Part shown: positions 9,543 through 19,674 of the stretch, piece by piece
Layout of the letters: each line of letters opens with the position of its first letter
How positions within the stretch are numbered: position 1 is the stretch's first letter
Origin: Planctomycetota bacterium
Lineage (GTDB): Bacteria; Planctomycetota; Phycisphaerae; WQYP01
Reading direction: 5' to 3'
Length of the DNA stretch: 61,913 nucleotides
NCBI GenBank assembly: GCA_021785435.1
Contig: JAJYFE010000004.1
Span: 1-61,913 of the forward strand
The notes under the pieces: generated by a model
Databases searched by the model: none
Seen by the model: only the letters and a program-made list of their open reading frames with translations
What the model was told of the DNA's origin: nothing
Made by a program: the position numbers and the translations under genes

Positions 9543-10643
9543 ATGATGAAACGCCTGATTATTTCCATCGCCGTTCTGGCGATATTTGGAGCGTTGCTGT
9601 ATGGCTTGTTCGCTTACAAAGCGATGGTCGGGGCCAAGATGGCGTATGCGATGGCGCATCGCAAAATACCGCCGGTGGTGGTGTCCACCGCCACGGCTAC
9701 CCGCCGGACGTGGGCCCAGCGGCTCCATGCGGTCGCCGATGTGGTGGCGGTACGGAGTGTGCAGGTTTCCGCGCAAATTTCCGGTAACGTGACGGCCATT
9801 TATTTTCACTCGGGCCAACGGGTCAACGCCGGCCAGCGTCTCGTGCAACTCGATAACAGCACCCAATTGGCCCAGTTACGGCTGGATCAGGCCAACGCCC
9901 GCCTGGCGCGGATTAATGTGCATCGTGACCAGCAGCTGATCGCCCAGCGGGCGGTCAGTCAGGCGCAACTGGATACGGATACCGCCACGCTGGCTGCCGA
10001 CAACGCCAAAGTCGCGCAGGATCAGGCGGTTCTTAATAAATTGCGAATTGTCGCACCTTTTACCGGTTATCTCGGTATCCGGCAGGTTTCGCTGGGCCAA
10101 TATGTTTCGCCGGGAACCGCGATCGTCGCCTTGAATTCCTGGCGGCCTATTTATGCCGATTTTTATGTGCCCCAAAATGATCTGCCGATGCTGCACCTCG
10201 GACAAACCGTAACGCTGGCGGTTGACGCCTACCCCACGGTCCAATTCACCGGAACCGTCGCGGCGCTTTCTTCCCAGGTGAATACCTTGTCCCGCAACAT
10301 CCAGGTGCGAGCGCGGTTGGCCAATAAAGGAGAGCGTTTGAAGCCGGGTATGTTCGGCAGCGCCACCGTGACGATCGGCACAAAACGTGTTTTCACAACT
10401 ATTCCGGCCACGGCGATTACGTACAACACCTTCGGCGACTTTGTGTATCGGGTGGTCCATGCAAAATTCCACGGCCAGCCGATGCTTATCGCCAAACAGG
10501 TTTATGTAAAAGTAGGTCAGCAACGGGGCAACGAAGTTTCGATTTTATCCGGTATTCGGGTCGGAGATACGGTGGTCACCGCCGGACAGGTCAAGCTTCG
10601 CCCCGGTTCGCCAATCGCAGTGAACAATAGCGTTCAGCCCTAA
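9543..10643 (+). CDS. RND efflux periplasmic adaptor (HlyD/MFP family)
   Basis: N-terminal TM helix, a coiled-coil hairpin segment, and beta-barrel motifs (IVAPFTGYLGIRQVSLGQYV, LKPGMFGSATV). Located between the OMF and RND pump genes. Confidence 0.85.
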   Translation: MMKRLIISIAVLAIFGALLYGLFAYKAMVGAKMAYAMAHRKIPPVVVSTATATRRTWAQRLHAVADVVAVRSVQVSAQISGNVTAIYFHSGQRVNAGQRLVQLDNSTQLAQLRLDQANARLARINVHRDQQLIAQRAVSQAQLDTDTATLAADNAKVAQDQAVLNKLRIVAPFTGYLGIRQVSLGQYVSPGTAIVALNSWRPIYADFYVPQNDLPMLHLGQTVTLAVDAYPTVQFTGTVAALSSQVNTLSRNIQVRARLANKGERLKPGMFGSATVTIGTKRVFTTIPATAITYNTFGDFVYRVVHAKFHGQPMLIAKQVYVKVGQQRGNEVSILSGIRVGDTVVTAGQVKLRPGSPIAVNNSVQP

Positions 10644-10659
10644 CCAGGAATTTCACCGC

Positions 10660-13600
10660 ATGAAATTTACGGACATTTTTATTCGGCGCTGGGTGCTGGC
10701 CATCGCCCTGAACCTGGTCATTCTTATCATGGGCCTGCGGGCCTGGACCGGTATGACCATCCGGCAATACCCGCACATCAGTAGCACCCTGATCACGGTG
10801 AGCACGGCCTATCCGGGCGCCAGTCCCGCCACGGTGCAGGGTTTTATCACGTCGCGCCTGGAACAGGCCATCGCCCAGGCTCCCAATATCGACTATATGA
10901 CGGCCAACAGCACGGAAGGCGTCTCCACCATCCAGGTGTACATGCAACTCAACAGCGATCCGAATGCGGATGTGGCGCAAATTTTGGCCAAGGTTAAGCA
11001 GGTCGCCAGCCAGCTTCCTCCGGCCAGCCAGACCCCGGTGATCAATGAAACCGTCGGCAATCCCCGGGCCCTGATGTACCTGGCGTTTTATAGCAAGACC
11101 ATGAACCAGCAGCAGATTAATGATTATCTGCTGCGCGTGGTGCAACCCCAAATGCAGGCGATCCCCGGTGTGGCCCAAGCCCAGATTCTGCCGCCCGGGG
11201 CCGGTTCCAGCGGAAATAGTTTCGCCCTGCGGGCATGGCTCAATCCACGTCGTCTGGCCGGTTATGGTTTAACGCCGGCCGATGTAGCCAACGCCCTGGC
11301 CGCCAATGACTATATTTCCGCCGTGGGGCGCGTGCGCGGGAAAAATATCGCCCAAGTCGTTAGCGCCACGACCTCGCTTCACAATCTGGCCGAGTTCCGC
11401 AATCTGGTGATCAAGCCTGACGTGCAAGGCGTGCCGATTTACCTTAAAGACGTGGCGCGGGTGGAATTGGGGGCGCAAAATTATAATTCCGCCGTGTTTC
11501 TAAATGGCATTCCAGCGGTGTTCGTCGGCATCCAGACCACGCCCGACGCCAACAGCTTAAACGTCGCCCACGCGGCGCATCAGGTCTTCGCCGCCATAAT
11601 GAAGAAACTGCCGCCGGGACTGAAGGCCCGGATCGCATACGATGCCAGCGTCTACATTAATTCCGCCATCCACGAGGTTTTAACCACGATTGCCATTACC
11701 CTGGGCGTGGTGATCCTGGTCGTCTTCCTGTTCTTAGGGTCGCTCCGTTCCCTGCTGATTCCGATGGTAGCCATCCCCCTGTCCACCATCGGCGCCGGTA
11801 TTTTCATGCTGGCCGGCGGCTTTACCATCAACCTGCTGACGCTTTTGGCGATCATTCTGGCGATCGGCCTGGTAGTGGATGACGCCATTATCATGGTGGA
11901 GAACATTCATCGGCATATTGATGAAGGTTTGGCCCCGCTTCAGGCGGCTTTCCAGGGCGCCCGGGAATTGGCCGCGCCCATCATCGTGATGTCGACTACG
12001 TTGGTGGCGGTATTCGCCCCGATTGGTTTTCTGGGTGGATTAACCGGCAGTCTTTTTTCCGAATTCGCATTTACCCTGATTTTCACCGTGTTAATCTCCA
12101 TGATCGTGGCGTTGACGCTTTCACCCATGCTCTGCAGCAAGCTGCTCCAGCCTACCCGCGAACACGGTCTGGTACATTTCCTGGACGCCAGTTTTGCCCG
12201 GTTTCGGGCAGGTTACGACCGCTCGCTGGCGGCGGTGCTTCAATACCGTTTCGTGGTGGTGCTTATGGCGGCGGCCATTTTGGCCGTCATTCCCTTTTTG
12301 TACTTGGGAACGCAGCACGAACTGGCCCCGACCGAAGACCAGGGGATTCTGTTTTTCACCGGCACGGGTCCGCCCACCGCGACGCGGCATTACATGAATA
12401 TTTATTCCCGCCAGATTCTCCACGCGGCGCTTAGTTTTCCGGAAACGCGGGCGGTGTTTCAGGTAACCGGTTTTTCCTTTGTCAGTCCCGGCCAGAATAC
12501 GTTGGTCGGCGGGATGAATCTTAAGCCCTGGAATCAGCGGAAACGAACCCAGATGCAGATCGCCCCGCTCTTCCAACGGAAGCTCGCCCGCATCGCCGGG
12601 GTGCAGGTGGCCGCTTTTTCCCTGCCATCCCTTCCCGGCGCCCCCTCCGGCTATCCGGTCCAGTTCGTTCTCACTTCCACGCATAGTTACCTGCGGATTG
12701 ACCAGTTGGCGGATGAGCTTATCGCCCAAGCCATGGCCAGCGGCAAGTTCCTCTTCCTGACCAAGGACCTGCGTTACGACAGCCCGCAAGTCAAGCTGGT
12801 GATCCACCGCAATTTCGCCCAGACGCTCGGACTGAATATGACCCAGGTTGGCCAGGACCTTGAAGCCCTGCTCGGCGGAAATTTTGTCAATCGCTTCAAC
12901 CTGGCTGGCCGCAGTTATAAAGTTATTCCCCAGGCACCCACCCGGTGGCGGGCCACCCCGTCTATGCTCAAAAATTACTATGTCCAAACCGCTTCCGGGG
13001 CGATGGTGCCGTTGTCGACCCTGGTCTCCGTGCGGCACACGGTGCAGCCGGAGTTTCTGCCGCAGTTTCAACAGCTTAACTCTGCGACGGTGCAGGGCGT
13101 TCCTGCCGCGGGCGTACCTCTGGGCAGCGCTTTGGCGTACCTGAAAACGCTGGCCCACCGGATTCTGCCGAACGGCTTTGGCGTCGATTACGCCGGTCAA
13201 TCGCGCCAGTTTATTCAGCAGGGCAGTTCCATCTACACCACGTTCCTGCTGGCCATCGTGATGATTTTTCTGTTGATGGCCGGGCAGTTTGAAAGCTTCC
13301 GTGATCCGCTGATCGTGATGTTCACGGTGCCCATGTCCATCTTTGGCGCGCTGACGTTCTTATTTCTGGGCGTTTCCACCCTGAACATCTATACAGAGGT
13401 GGGGCTGCTCACCCTGATCGGCCTGATCAGCAAGCAGGGCATCCTGATCGTTCAGTTCGCCAACCAGCTGCAGGAACAGGAAGGCCTGGATGTCCGCGCC
13501 GCTGCTATGAAGGCCTCCAGCATCCGCCTGCGGCCGATCTTGATGACCACCGGCGCCATGGTCTTCGGCGTGGTTCCTTTGCTGCTGGCCAGCGGCGCCG

Positions 13601-13737
13601 GCGCGGTCAGCCGCTTTGATATGGGCCTGATGATCGCCACCGGACTTTCCATCGGCTGCCTGTTCTCGTTATACGTGATTCCGGTGATGTATACCTATCT
13701 GGCCACGCGGAAGGAACGGGTTAATGCCAGGGCGTGA
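10660..13737 (+). CDS. RND multidrug efflux permease (AcrB/MdtB family)
   Basis: 1025 aa with a 12-TM AcrB architecture. Start MKFTDIFIRRWVLAIALNLVILIMG; conserved LAIGLVVDDAIIMVENI. Confidence 0.9.
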   Translation: MKFTDIFIRRWVLAIALNLVILIMGLRAWTGMTIRQYPHISSTLITVSTAYPGASPATVQGFITSRLEQAIAQAPNIDYMTANSTEGVSTIQVYMQLNSDPNADVAQILAKVKQVASQLPPASQTPVINETVGNPRALMYLAFYSKTMNQQQINDYLLRVVQPQMQAIPGVAQAQILPPGAGSSGNSFALRAWLNPRRLAGYGLTPADVANALAANDYISAVGRVRGKNIAQVVSATTSLHNLAEFRNLVIKPDVQGVPIYLKDVARVELGAQNYNSAVFLNGIPAVFVGIQTTPDANSLNVAHAAHQVFAAIMKKLPPGLKARIAYDASVYINSAIHEVLTTIAITLGVVILVVFLFLGSLRSLLIPMVAIPLSTIGAGIFMLAGGFTINLLTLLAIILAIGLVVDDAIIMVENIHRHIDEGLAPLQAAFQGARELAAPIIVMSTTLVAVFAPIGFLGGLTGSLFSEFAFTLIFTVLISMIVALTLSPMLCSKLLQPTREHGLVHFLDASFARFRAGYDRSLAAVLQYRFVVVLMAAAILAVIPFLYLGTQHELAPTEDQGILFFTGTGPPTATRHYMNIYSRQILHAALSFPETRAVFQVTGFSFVSPGQNTLVGGMNLKPWNQRKRTQMQIAPLFQRKLARIAGVQVAAFSLPSLPGAPSGYPVQFVLTSTHSYLRIDQLADELIAQAMASGKFLFLTKDLRYDSPQVKLVIHRNFAQTLGLNMTQVGQDLEALLGGNFVNRFNLAGRSYKVIPQAPTRWRATPSMLKNYYVQTASGAMVPLSTLVSVRHTVQPEFLPQFQQLNSATVQGVPAAGVPLGSALAYLKTLAHRILPNGFGVDYAGQSRQFIQQGSSIYTTFLLAIVMIFLLMAGQFESFRDPLIVMFTVPMSIFGALTFLFLGVSTLNIYTEVGLLTLIGLISKQGILIVQFANQLQEQEGLDVRAAAMKASSIRLRPILMTTGAMVFGVVPLLLASGAGAVSRFDMGLMIATGLSIGCLFSLYVIPVMYTYLATRKERVNARA

Positions 13738-13793
13738 GCATGCGCCGGGAAGTTTCCCCCCATATCTGGCATCGTTGGCCGCCGAGATCCGGG

Positions 13794-15038
13794 CTAAGCC
13801 GATTTCACTGGTTCGCTGCGGAACAGATTGCGCAGGATGGCGTCGGCGTTGATGGATTCCCCGCTTAACACCATCGCCAACAGCTCTCCGCCGAGGATGT
13901 CCGGGGCGATGATCATATCCGGTCCGACCCGTTGCAGGCGCGCCAGATTCTTCCGGTTTTTCGCTGACGCCACGATGCGGGCCTTGCCGCCAAGTTCTTT
14001 CGCCGCCAGGACGATAAAGGCGTTGTCGCTGTCATCAACCCGTAATGCCAGTATGGCCAAAGCATTAGCGCCGCCGGCCTGACGCAGCGTTTCAATGTCG
14101 GTCGCATCGCCGACGATCAGATCGTCGGCGTCCACCCATGGCGTCTGCGGTGGGGCCGGTGCGATCACGGTTACCGGCAGGTGGCGGGCCTTCAGTTCAC
14201 GATACGTATTATGGGCCAGAGGGTTGTCGCCGACCACAATATAATGATCTTTTTTCATACGTTTCTTTGCTCCTAAAAGCAGTTGCCGCATGCGCGTGTT
14301 CATCAGCGGCACAATCACGGCGGAAATGGCGGTGGCGAAAACCGTGATGCCCAGGATGATGATCGACACCGTGAACAGCCGGGCATCGGGGCTTTTCGGG
14401 ACAATGTCGCCGTAGCCGACGGTCGACAGCGTGACCACGGAGAAATAGAGGGCCTGCGGCAGATTGAGGATGGGGGGCGAAAAGCCCGCCCCCAGTAAAT
14501 AGGCGCCGAAGACCGCGTAGCCGAGCAGCAGGATGGCACTGACCACCCCGAACATGGTTCCCGCCGCCACGCTCGTGCGCGAAAAGGTGCGGTAGAAAAC
14601 GAGCATGACGGCGAGCAACATGAGGTCGAACAGGGCCAGGGCGTCAAGGCGCCAGGCGGTTTGGTGCAAAATGACCGCCAGGGTTCCGGAGGCCAGCAGC
14701 AGCGTGATAGTCCAGGCGAAGCGGGAGCGGGTCAGAAGTCCGACCGACATCACCAGGAGCACCACCCCTGCGATGCCCTGCGGCACGCCCGCCAGATGGG
14801 CCAGAGCGGGAACCTGGCCCAAATTCAGCACCGGTTTGAGATGCAGCAGAAACGGCACATTACGCAGGACCATCTGCAGGCTGGAGAGCAGGTTCAGCAG
14901 CCCGAATAATCCCACCGCCAAAGCGATCGGCACATGCGGAAACCAATGGTACCAATACAGGCGATGCTGGAGTTGCTGCCGTCGACGTGCCCACCGATGG
15001 CGAAAACTGAACCGAAGATGGGGGTGGAATTCAGCCAC
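13794..15038 (-). CDS. Potassium channel with C-terminal RCK/TrkA-N domain
   Basis: Selectivity filter TVGYGD (LSTVGYGDIVP), multiple TM helices, and the Rossmann-like RCK start HYIVVGDNPLAHNTYREL. Confidence 0.8.
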   Translation of the reverse strand: MAEFHPHLRFSFRHRWARRRQQLQHRLYWYHWFPHVPIALAVGLFGLLNLLSSLQMVLRNVPFLLHLKPVLNLGQVPALAHLAGVPQGIAGVVLLVMSVGLLTRSRFAWTITLLLASGTLAVILHQTAWRLDALALFDLMLLAVMLVFYRTFSRTSVAAGTMFGVVSAILLLGYAVFGAYLLGAGFSPPILNLPQALYFSVVTLSTVGYGDIVPKSPDARLFTVSIIILGITVFATAISAVIVPLMNTRMRQLLLGAKKRMKKDHYIVVGDNPLAHNTYRELKARHLPVTVIAPAPPQTPWVDADDLIVGDATDIETLRQAGGANALAILALRVDDSDNAFIVLAAKELGGKARIVASAKNRKNLARLQRVGPDMIIAPDILGGELLAMVLSGESINADAILRNLFRSEPVKSA

Positions 15039-15044
15039 GCCGGG

Positions 15045-15341
15045 TCACGGTTCTTCGCTGACGTTGGTTACCTGCTTAATTTGGCGCGGATTGGGGCTGG
15101 GGGGAGCGGTCAGAGCCGGCTTTTCCGGCGGCGGCTCGTTGGCGGTGGACTGGTTGACCTCGTCGGAAGTCTGATGCAGGCCCTTCTTGAACTCCACAAT
15201 GGTGCGGCCAAAGCTGCGGGCGATATCCGGCAGACGCTTTCCGAAAAGCAGTAAGGCAATCAGCCCTACAACCAGGATGTCTGGCCCGTCGAGGTTGGGA
15301 AGCAAAAAACCAAGCAGCTTCAAGTTGGCCAAGCCAATCAT
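15045..15341 (-). CDS. tatA: Twin-arginine translocase subunit TatA/E
   Basis: MIGLANLK...ILVVGLIALLLFGKRLPDIARSFGRTIVEFKKG is the canonical TatA TM helix plus amphipathic helix. The ATG at 15341 has GAGG about 10 nt upstream. The longer track ORF (to 15551) runs through repeat DNA. Confidence 0.85.
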   Translation of the reverse strand: MIGLANLKLLGFLLPNLDGPDILVVGLIALLLFGKRLPDIARSFGRTIVEFKKGLHQTSDEVNQSTANEPPPEKPALTAPPSPNPRQIKQVTNVSEEP

Positions 15342-15470
15342 AGCACGTACCTCAATCGAAGCAGGCCCCGGACACCTGCACCAGCCAGGGAAGGAAAATG
15401 GAGCAACCTCCACTTGGTAATTATACGGTTTCCAAGCTGTGCAAAGCAAGTCGCCAACAAAACGCCGGAG

Positions 15471-15530
15471 GTATGACAGATTTGGCCCGCCAGTGCCGTT
15501 CCCAGTGCGCCCGTTTCGCGCCGCGGGGTA
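15471..15530 (-). repeat. Dispersed ~55-nt element, copy 1 (inverted relative to copy 2)
   Basis: The reverse complement reads ACCCCGCGGCGCGAAACGGGCGCACTGGGAACGGCACTGGCGGGCCAAATCTGTC. Compare the copies at 15740 and 25973. Confidence 0.7.
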
Positions 15531-15647
15531 AGGACGGCAGGTGATGATCATAGTTCGGAGGTCGCCGCGGGCGACTAAACTGCAGCGACGGGTTCGAGAT
15601 GCTGCTGCAGCGCCCGGCCCCGGCGCTTACGCTTAAGGGCTATGTAG

Positions 15648-15694
15648 GGCCGATGCCCTCATCGGCCACGTGGCCAGCCGACGAGGGCGTCGGC
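15648..15694. repeat. Two adjacent GC-rich hairpins (GGCCGATG-CCCT-CATCGGCC and GCCGACG-AGGG-CGTCGGC)
   Basis: Perfect 8-bp and 7-bp stems at 15648-15667 and 15677-15694. The 19-nt core GCCGATGCCCTCATCGGCC is identical to the reverse complement of the 27-bp tandem repeat at 38287-38362. Confidence 0.8.
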
Positions 15695-15739
15695 TCGATG
15701 GGTGCTCCCGGCTATGAGCAATGGCCGGTTCAACGGCGC

Positions 15740-15797
15740 ACCCCACACGGCGCGAAACTCCTACCCTGGAAACGGCACTGGCGCGCCAAATCAGTCC
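15740..15797 (+). repeat. Dispersed ~55-nt element, copy 2
   Basis: ACCCCACACGGCGCGAAACTCCTACCCTGGAAACGGCACTGGCGCGCCAAATCAGTCC. Confidence 0.7.
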
Positions 15798-15960
15798 GGC
15801 GTCGCTCCAGGCACCTGCGCGCACCTGGGGGGTGGCGTTGGCGGTGGCCGCCGGATAGAATACAGCCTATCACAAGCAGGCAACGGGTGACCGTGTACGC
15901 CCGTTCCGACACGCTGGGAGCGTTGCCCATGCGACCCATGCACCCAACACGGAATCACGC

Positions 15961-18900
15961 ATGAAAATAGATCCTCGTTTTCAGGTTGAAAGCGGCGTGG
16001 AGATCTTCAGCGGTTCGGAACTGCTGCTGAAGGGCGCCCTGGAGACGCCTGGCGGGGTGGCGTTGTTGACTGGTTATCCCGGTTCGCCGGTGGCGGGATT
16101 CTTCGACGCCTGCCACGACATCGGTCCGCTGCTGAATGAAAAAGGGATCTGCGCCAAAATGGCCAACAACGAGGCCATCAGCGTGGCCATGCTCAACGGC
16201 GCCCAGATGGTCGGCGTCAAGGGTCTGGTGGTGTTCAAGTCCGTGGGGTTGCACGTCGCCGCGGACGCGTTGGCGCTGGGCAATCTGGGGGGCGTGCCCC
16301 ATCCGGGCGGCGGGGCGGTGGTGGTTTCGGGAGATGATCCGTGGTGTGAATCCACGCAGGTCCCGGTCGATTCGCGTTTCCTTTTCGAGCATTTGCGGGT
16401 TCCGGTGTTCGAGCCAGCCAATCCACAGGAGTTGAAGGATTGGGTGGCCCACGCGTTTGATCTATCGGTGGCGGCGGGACTGTATATCGGCATCATGGTG
16501 ACAGTGGCGCTGGCTGATGGCGGCGGCACCGTGCAATGCCGCCCCAACCAGTGGCCGACCATTAGCACCAAAGAGCGGATCGCCCTGGAGACAGCCGCCA
16601 TTGACGTTGAATCCACCGTATTGCTGCCTCCGCGCACCTGGCGCCGGGAGCTGACATTTGAGCCGCGGTTCGCCGCGCTGCATCAGCGCTGCCGGCAGTT
16701 GGATCTTACCCGCCTGCTGTATCCGCTGGAGCGCACGTGGCGGGGCGGGCCCCGTGAAAAGGCGCCGCTGGGCTTCATTTCCTCGGGGATGTCCCACACC
16801 ATGCTGGTCCACGCCCTGCAGGAAATTGGTTTGCTGGGCGCCTTTCCGATGCTCAAGCTGGCCTTCAGCTACCCGCTAGACACCGTCGCAGTGGATGAAT
16901 TGGCCAGCATGTGCGAGCGGATCATCGTCGTCGAGGAGCGGCGGAGTTTTATTGAAAAACAGATCACGGAACACCTGGTCCGGCAGCGGCAACAGCGTCC
17001 GGATCATCCCCACGCCCGCGTGCAGTTATGGGGCAAGGCTTTTCCCAACGGGCGCCCGGGCATTCCCTCCACCCGCGGCCTGCATCCGTCGCTGCTGATT
17101 GAGCGGCTCATCGAATTCCTCCGCGAAACGCCCAACGTATCGCCCGAACTGGCCAATGGTCGGCTGGCGGAGGAGCTGGCCGTTATCGCCGCGGCCAGCC
17201 AGGCTAAGCCGGCGGTGGTGGTTCGCACGCCGGCCTACTGCCCGGGGTGCCCGCATCGCGATTCGTCCAGCGCGCTGCTGGAGATTCGCCGCAATCTGCT
17301 CGACGCCCGGTACATGCAACGCCAGTACGGCCGGGGTCCCGTCGATCTGGTGGCCCACGGCGATACCGGCTGCTACACCATGATGATGTTTGAGCCGAAC
17401 AAGCCGCTCATGCATAACTACAGCGGCATGGGCTTGGGCGGCGCCACCGGTGGCGGGGTGGACCCCTTTATCACCAACAAGCAGCTGGTCTTCATGGGCG
17501 ACGGCACCTTTTTCCATTCCGGTCAGTTGGCCATCGCCAACTCCATCAACCAGGGCCAGGACATCACGTACATCATCCTGGAAAATAAGACTACCGCCAT
17601 GACCGGCCATCAGCCCAACCCCACTTTGCAGGAGGACCTGGTCGGCCAGATGGTGCTGGCCCACGATATTGAACGGATTGTCCGCGCCATGATTCCCGAG
17701 GCCGCCGGCCCGCTGCGCATCCGCGGCCAGGACGGCCGCAATGAACCGCAGCCCCGTGTCATCCGGATCAATCCGGCCGAGCGCGACAATTACCGGGAGC
17801 TGCTCGAACGCGTGATCCTGCAGGACGGGGTGAAGGTCGTGATCGCCGACAAGGAATGCGGCATCACTTTCAACCGCCGAAAACATCGCGCCGAGCTTTG
17901 GGAAAAGAAGGATCACGGCTTTATCCGCCAGAAGACCTACATGAATGTCACGGAGGAGGTCTGTGAATACTGTCTGGAATGCACGCAGCAAACTGGTTGC
18001 CCGGCCCTGAAAGTGGTGCAGACGGATTACGGGCCGAAAATCCAGACCGATTTCACCACCTGCGTCAATGACGGCGCCTGCGCCCGCCTGGACGCGTGTC
18101 CGAGTTTTGAGCAGGTCATCGTCACCCGCAAACACCCGCCGCGCCTGCCGGACGAGGTGGTGGACTTAGGGGGCATGCCGGAGCCGCCGTTGGCGAAGAT
18201 GGGTGAGCAATGGCGGTGCTATCTGGCCGGCGTCGGTGGAATGGGGATCGGCGTGGCGGGGGAAATTCTGGTGCGGGCCGCCCACAAGGAAGGATTCCAC
18301 GTGGCGTTTCTGGACAAGAAAGGCCTGGCCATACGCAACGGCGGTGTGTTCAGCCAGTTGCTGTTTTCCCGGAATCCCATCGTGGGTTCCGCCATCACTC
18401 CGTTCGGTAAGGCGGACCTGCTGATTGGCGTGGATGCCTTGGAAGCCGCCCGCGCGGTGTCATCCAGCGAAAATCTGCGCGTGGCTTCGCCGCGCTACAC
18501 CCGCGCCGTGATCAACACCGGTAAAACTTCCACGATTCTGACCTTGCTGGGCCGCGAGGATTTTTCGCCCTCCGAACTCGCCGCCGCGATCCAGGCCCAG
18601 TGTCGGCCGGGCCAGTTTTTCAGCTTCAACGTCGGTGATTTGTGTGAACGCCTGCTCGATTCCAAACTCTACGCGAATATCATGATGCTCGGTGTCGCCT
18701 GGCAATTGGGCTTTATTCCCGTTTCCTACAAGAATATCACCTGGGCGATCCGCCACGCGGTGGGGCGTGAATTTGAACGCAACTACCGGGCCTTCAACCT
18801 CGGCCGCAAGATTGTGTTGCGTCCGGACTTGTTCGGTGTGGCCGCGGCGCACGAAGTGGAAACCGTCGAGCAGGCGATCGGACGCAAAGCCAATATTCTG

Positions 18901-19674
18901 CAGGTCAGTTCCCTGTGGGGCCGCCGCAACGCGGTGCGCTACCGCCGACTGTGCCGCGATACGCTGGGCCAGATGCCCGGGCTCGAAGACGCCGCCCGGC
19001 GCGATTATGTGATTCGGCTGTTCGACGCGATTCAATGGGGCGGTTTGCCCTGCGGCCGTTCCTACGCCGCCCGCGTGGTGAAAACGTACCGCCAGGACGA
19101 CGCCGCGCGCGGCTTCGCCGTCACCGTCGCGGTCATCTGGAATCTGGCCCGGGTGCTGCTGATCAAAGATGAAGTGTATGTCGCCATGATGTACACCAGC
19201 CCGGAGAAATATCGCCGCGACCGCCGGCGCTTCAACGTCAACCGCGCCAACGGCGACCGCATCCGATATATCCATTTGAATCGACCGGAATTTGAGCTGG
19301 GCGGCTTCAAATGGCGCTTCCACCTGCGCGGGCGCGATTGGCAGATGCGCATCCTGCGTCATTGCCGCTGGCTGCGGAGGCTTTTGCCCGCCTGGCACGC
19401 TCGCGAACGGGCGTTCCGGGACTGGTACCTGCGACTCGTGGACACCTGCGAGTTGCATGAGCCGTGGCTTTACAACCTGTGGCTGGATATTCTGAAAACG
19501 CCTGAGTCGGTCACCGGTTTCCGCGAGGTGCGCTATCGGAAAATGGAAGCGGCCCAACGCCGCGTGCACGACCTGCAAAGCGCCATCGCCACCGGTAAGA
19601 CCGACGGTCGCTTCCGGTCTCCACCGCGCACCATCAGCCTGGTCGGTCAGGTGATGGGAACGTTCCGCGAGTGA
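15961..19674 (+). CDS. Indolepyruvate/2-oxoacid:ferredoxin oxidoreductase, fused alpha-beta family protein
   Basis: 1237 aa. The N-terminus MKIDPRFQVESGVEIFSGSELLLKGALE...LTGYPGSPV is typical of fused IOR proteins. TPP-binding GDGTFFHSG, a Cys-rich ferredoxin-like stretch (CEYCLECTQQTGCPALK...CVNDGACARLDACPSF), and a gamma/beta-like C-terminal half. Confidence 0.85.
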   Translation: MKIDPRFQVESGVEIFSGSELLLKGALETPGGVALLTGYPGSPVAGFFDACHDIGPLLNEKGICAKMANNEAISVAMLNGAQMVGVKGLVVFKSVGLHVAADALALGNLGGVPHPGGGAVVVSGDDPWCESTQVPVDSRFLFEHLRVPVFEPANPQELKDWVAHAFDLSVAAGLYIGIMVTVALADGGGTVQCRPNQWPTISTKERIALETAAIDVESTVLLPPRTWRRELTFEPRFAALHQRCRQLDLTRLLYPLERTWRGGPREKAPLGFISSGMSHTMLVHALQEIGLLGAFPMLKLAFSYPLDTVAVDELASMCERIIVVEERRSFIEKQITEHLVRQRQQRPDHPHARVQLWGKAFPNGRPGIPSTRGLHPSLLIERLIEFLRETPNVSPELANGRLAEELAVIAAASQAKPAVVVRTPAYCPGCPHRDSSSALLEIRRNLLDARYMQRQYGRGPVDLVAHGDTGCYTMMMFEPNKPLMHNYSGMGLGGATGGGVDPFITNKQLVFMGDGTFFHSGQLAIANSINQGQDITYIILENKTTAMTGHQPNPTLQEDLVGQMVLAHDIERIVRAMIPEAAGPLRIRGQDGRNEPQPRVIRINPAERDNYRELLERVILQDGVKVVIADKECGITFNRRKHRAELWEKKDHGFIRQKTYMNVTEEVCEYCLECTQQTGCPALKVVQTDYGPKIQTDFTTCVNDGACARLDACPSFEQVIVTRKHPPRLPDEVVDLGGMPEPPLAKMGEQWRCYLAGVGGMGIGVAGEILVRAAHKEGFHVAFLDKKGLAIRNGGVFSQLLFSRNPIVGSAITPFGKADLLIGVDALEAARAVSSSENLRVASPRYTRAVINTGKTSTILTLLGREDFSPSELAAAIQAQCRPGQFFSFNVGDLCERLLDSKLYANIMMLGVAWQLGFIPVSYKNITWAIRHAVGREFERNYRAFNLGRKIVLRPDLFGVAAAHEVETVEQAIGRKANILQVSSLWGRRNAVRYRRLCRDTLGQMPGLEDAARRDYVIRLFDAIQWGGLPCGRSYAARVVKTYRQDDAARGFAVTVAVIWNLARVLLIKDEVYVAMMYTSPEKYRRDRRRFNVNRANGDRIRYIHLNRPEFELGGFKWRFHLRGRDWQMRILRHCRWLRRLLPAWHARERAFRDWYLRLVDTCELHEPWLYNLWLDILKTPESVTGFREVRYRKMEAAQRRVHDLQSAIATGKTDGRFRSPPRTISLVGQVMGTFRE

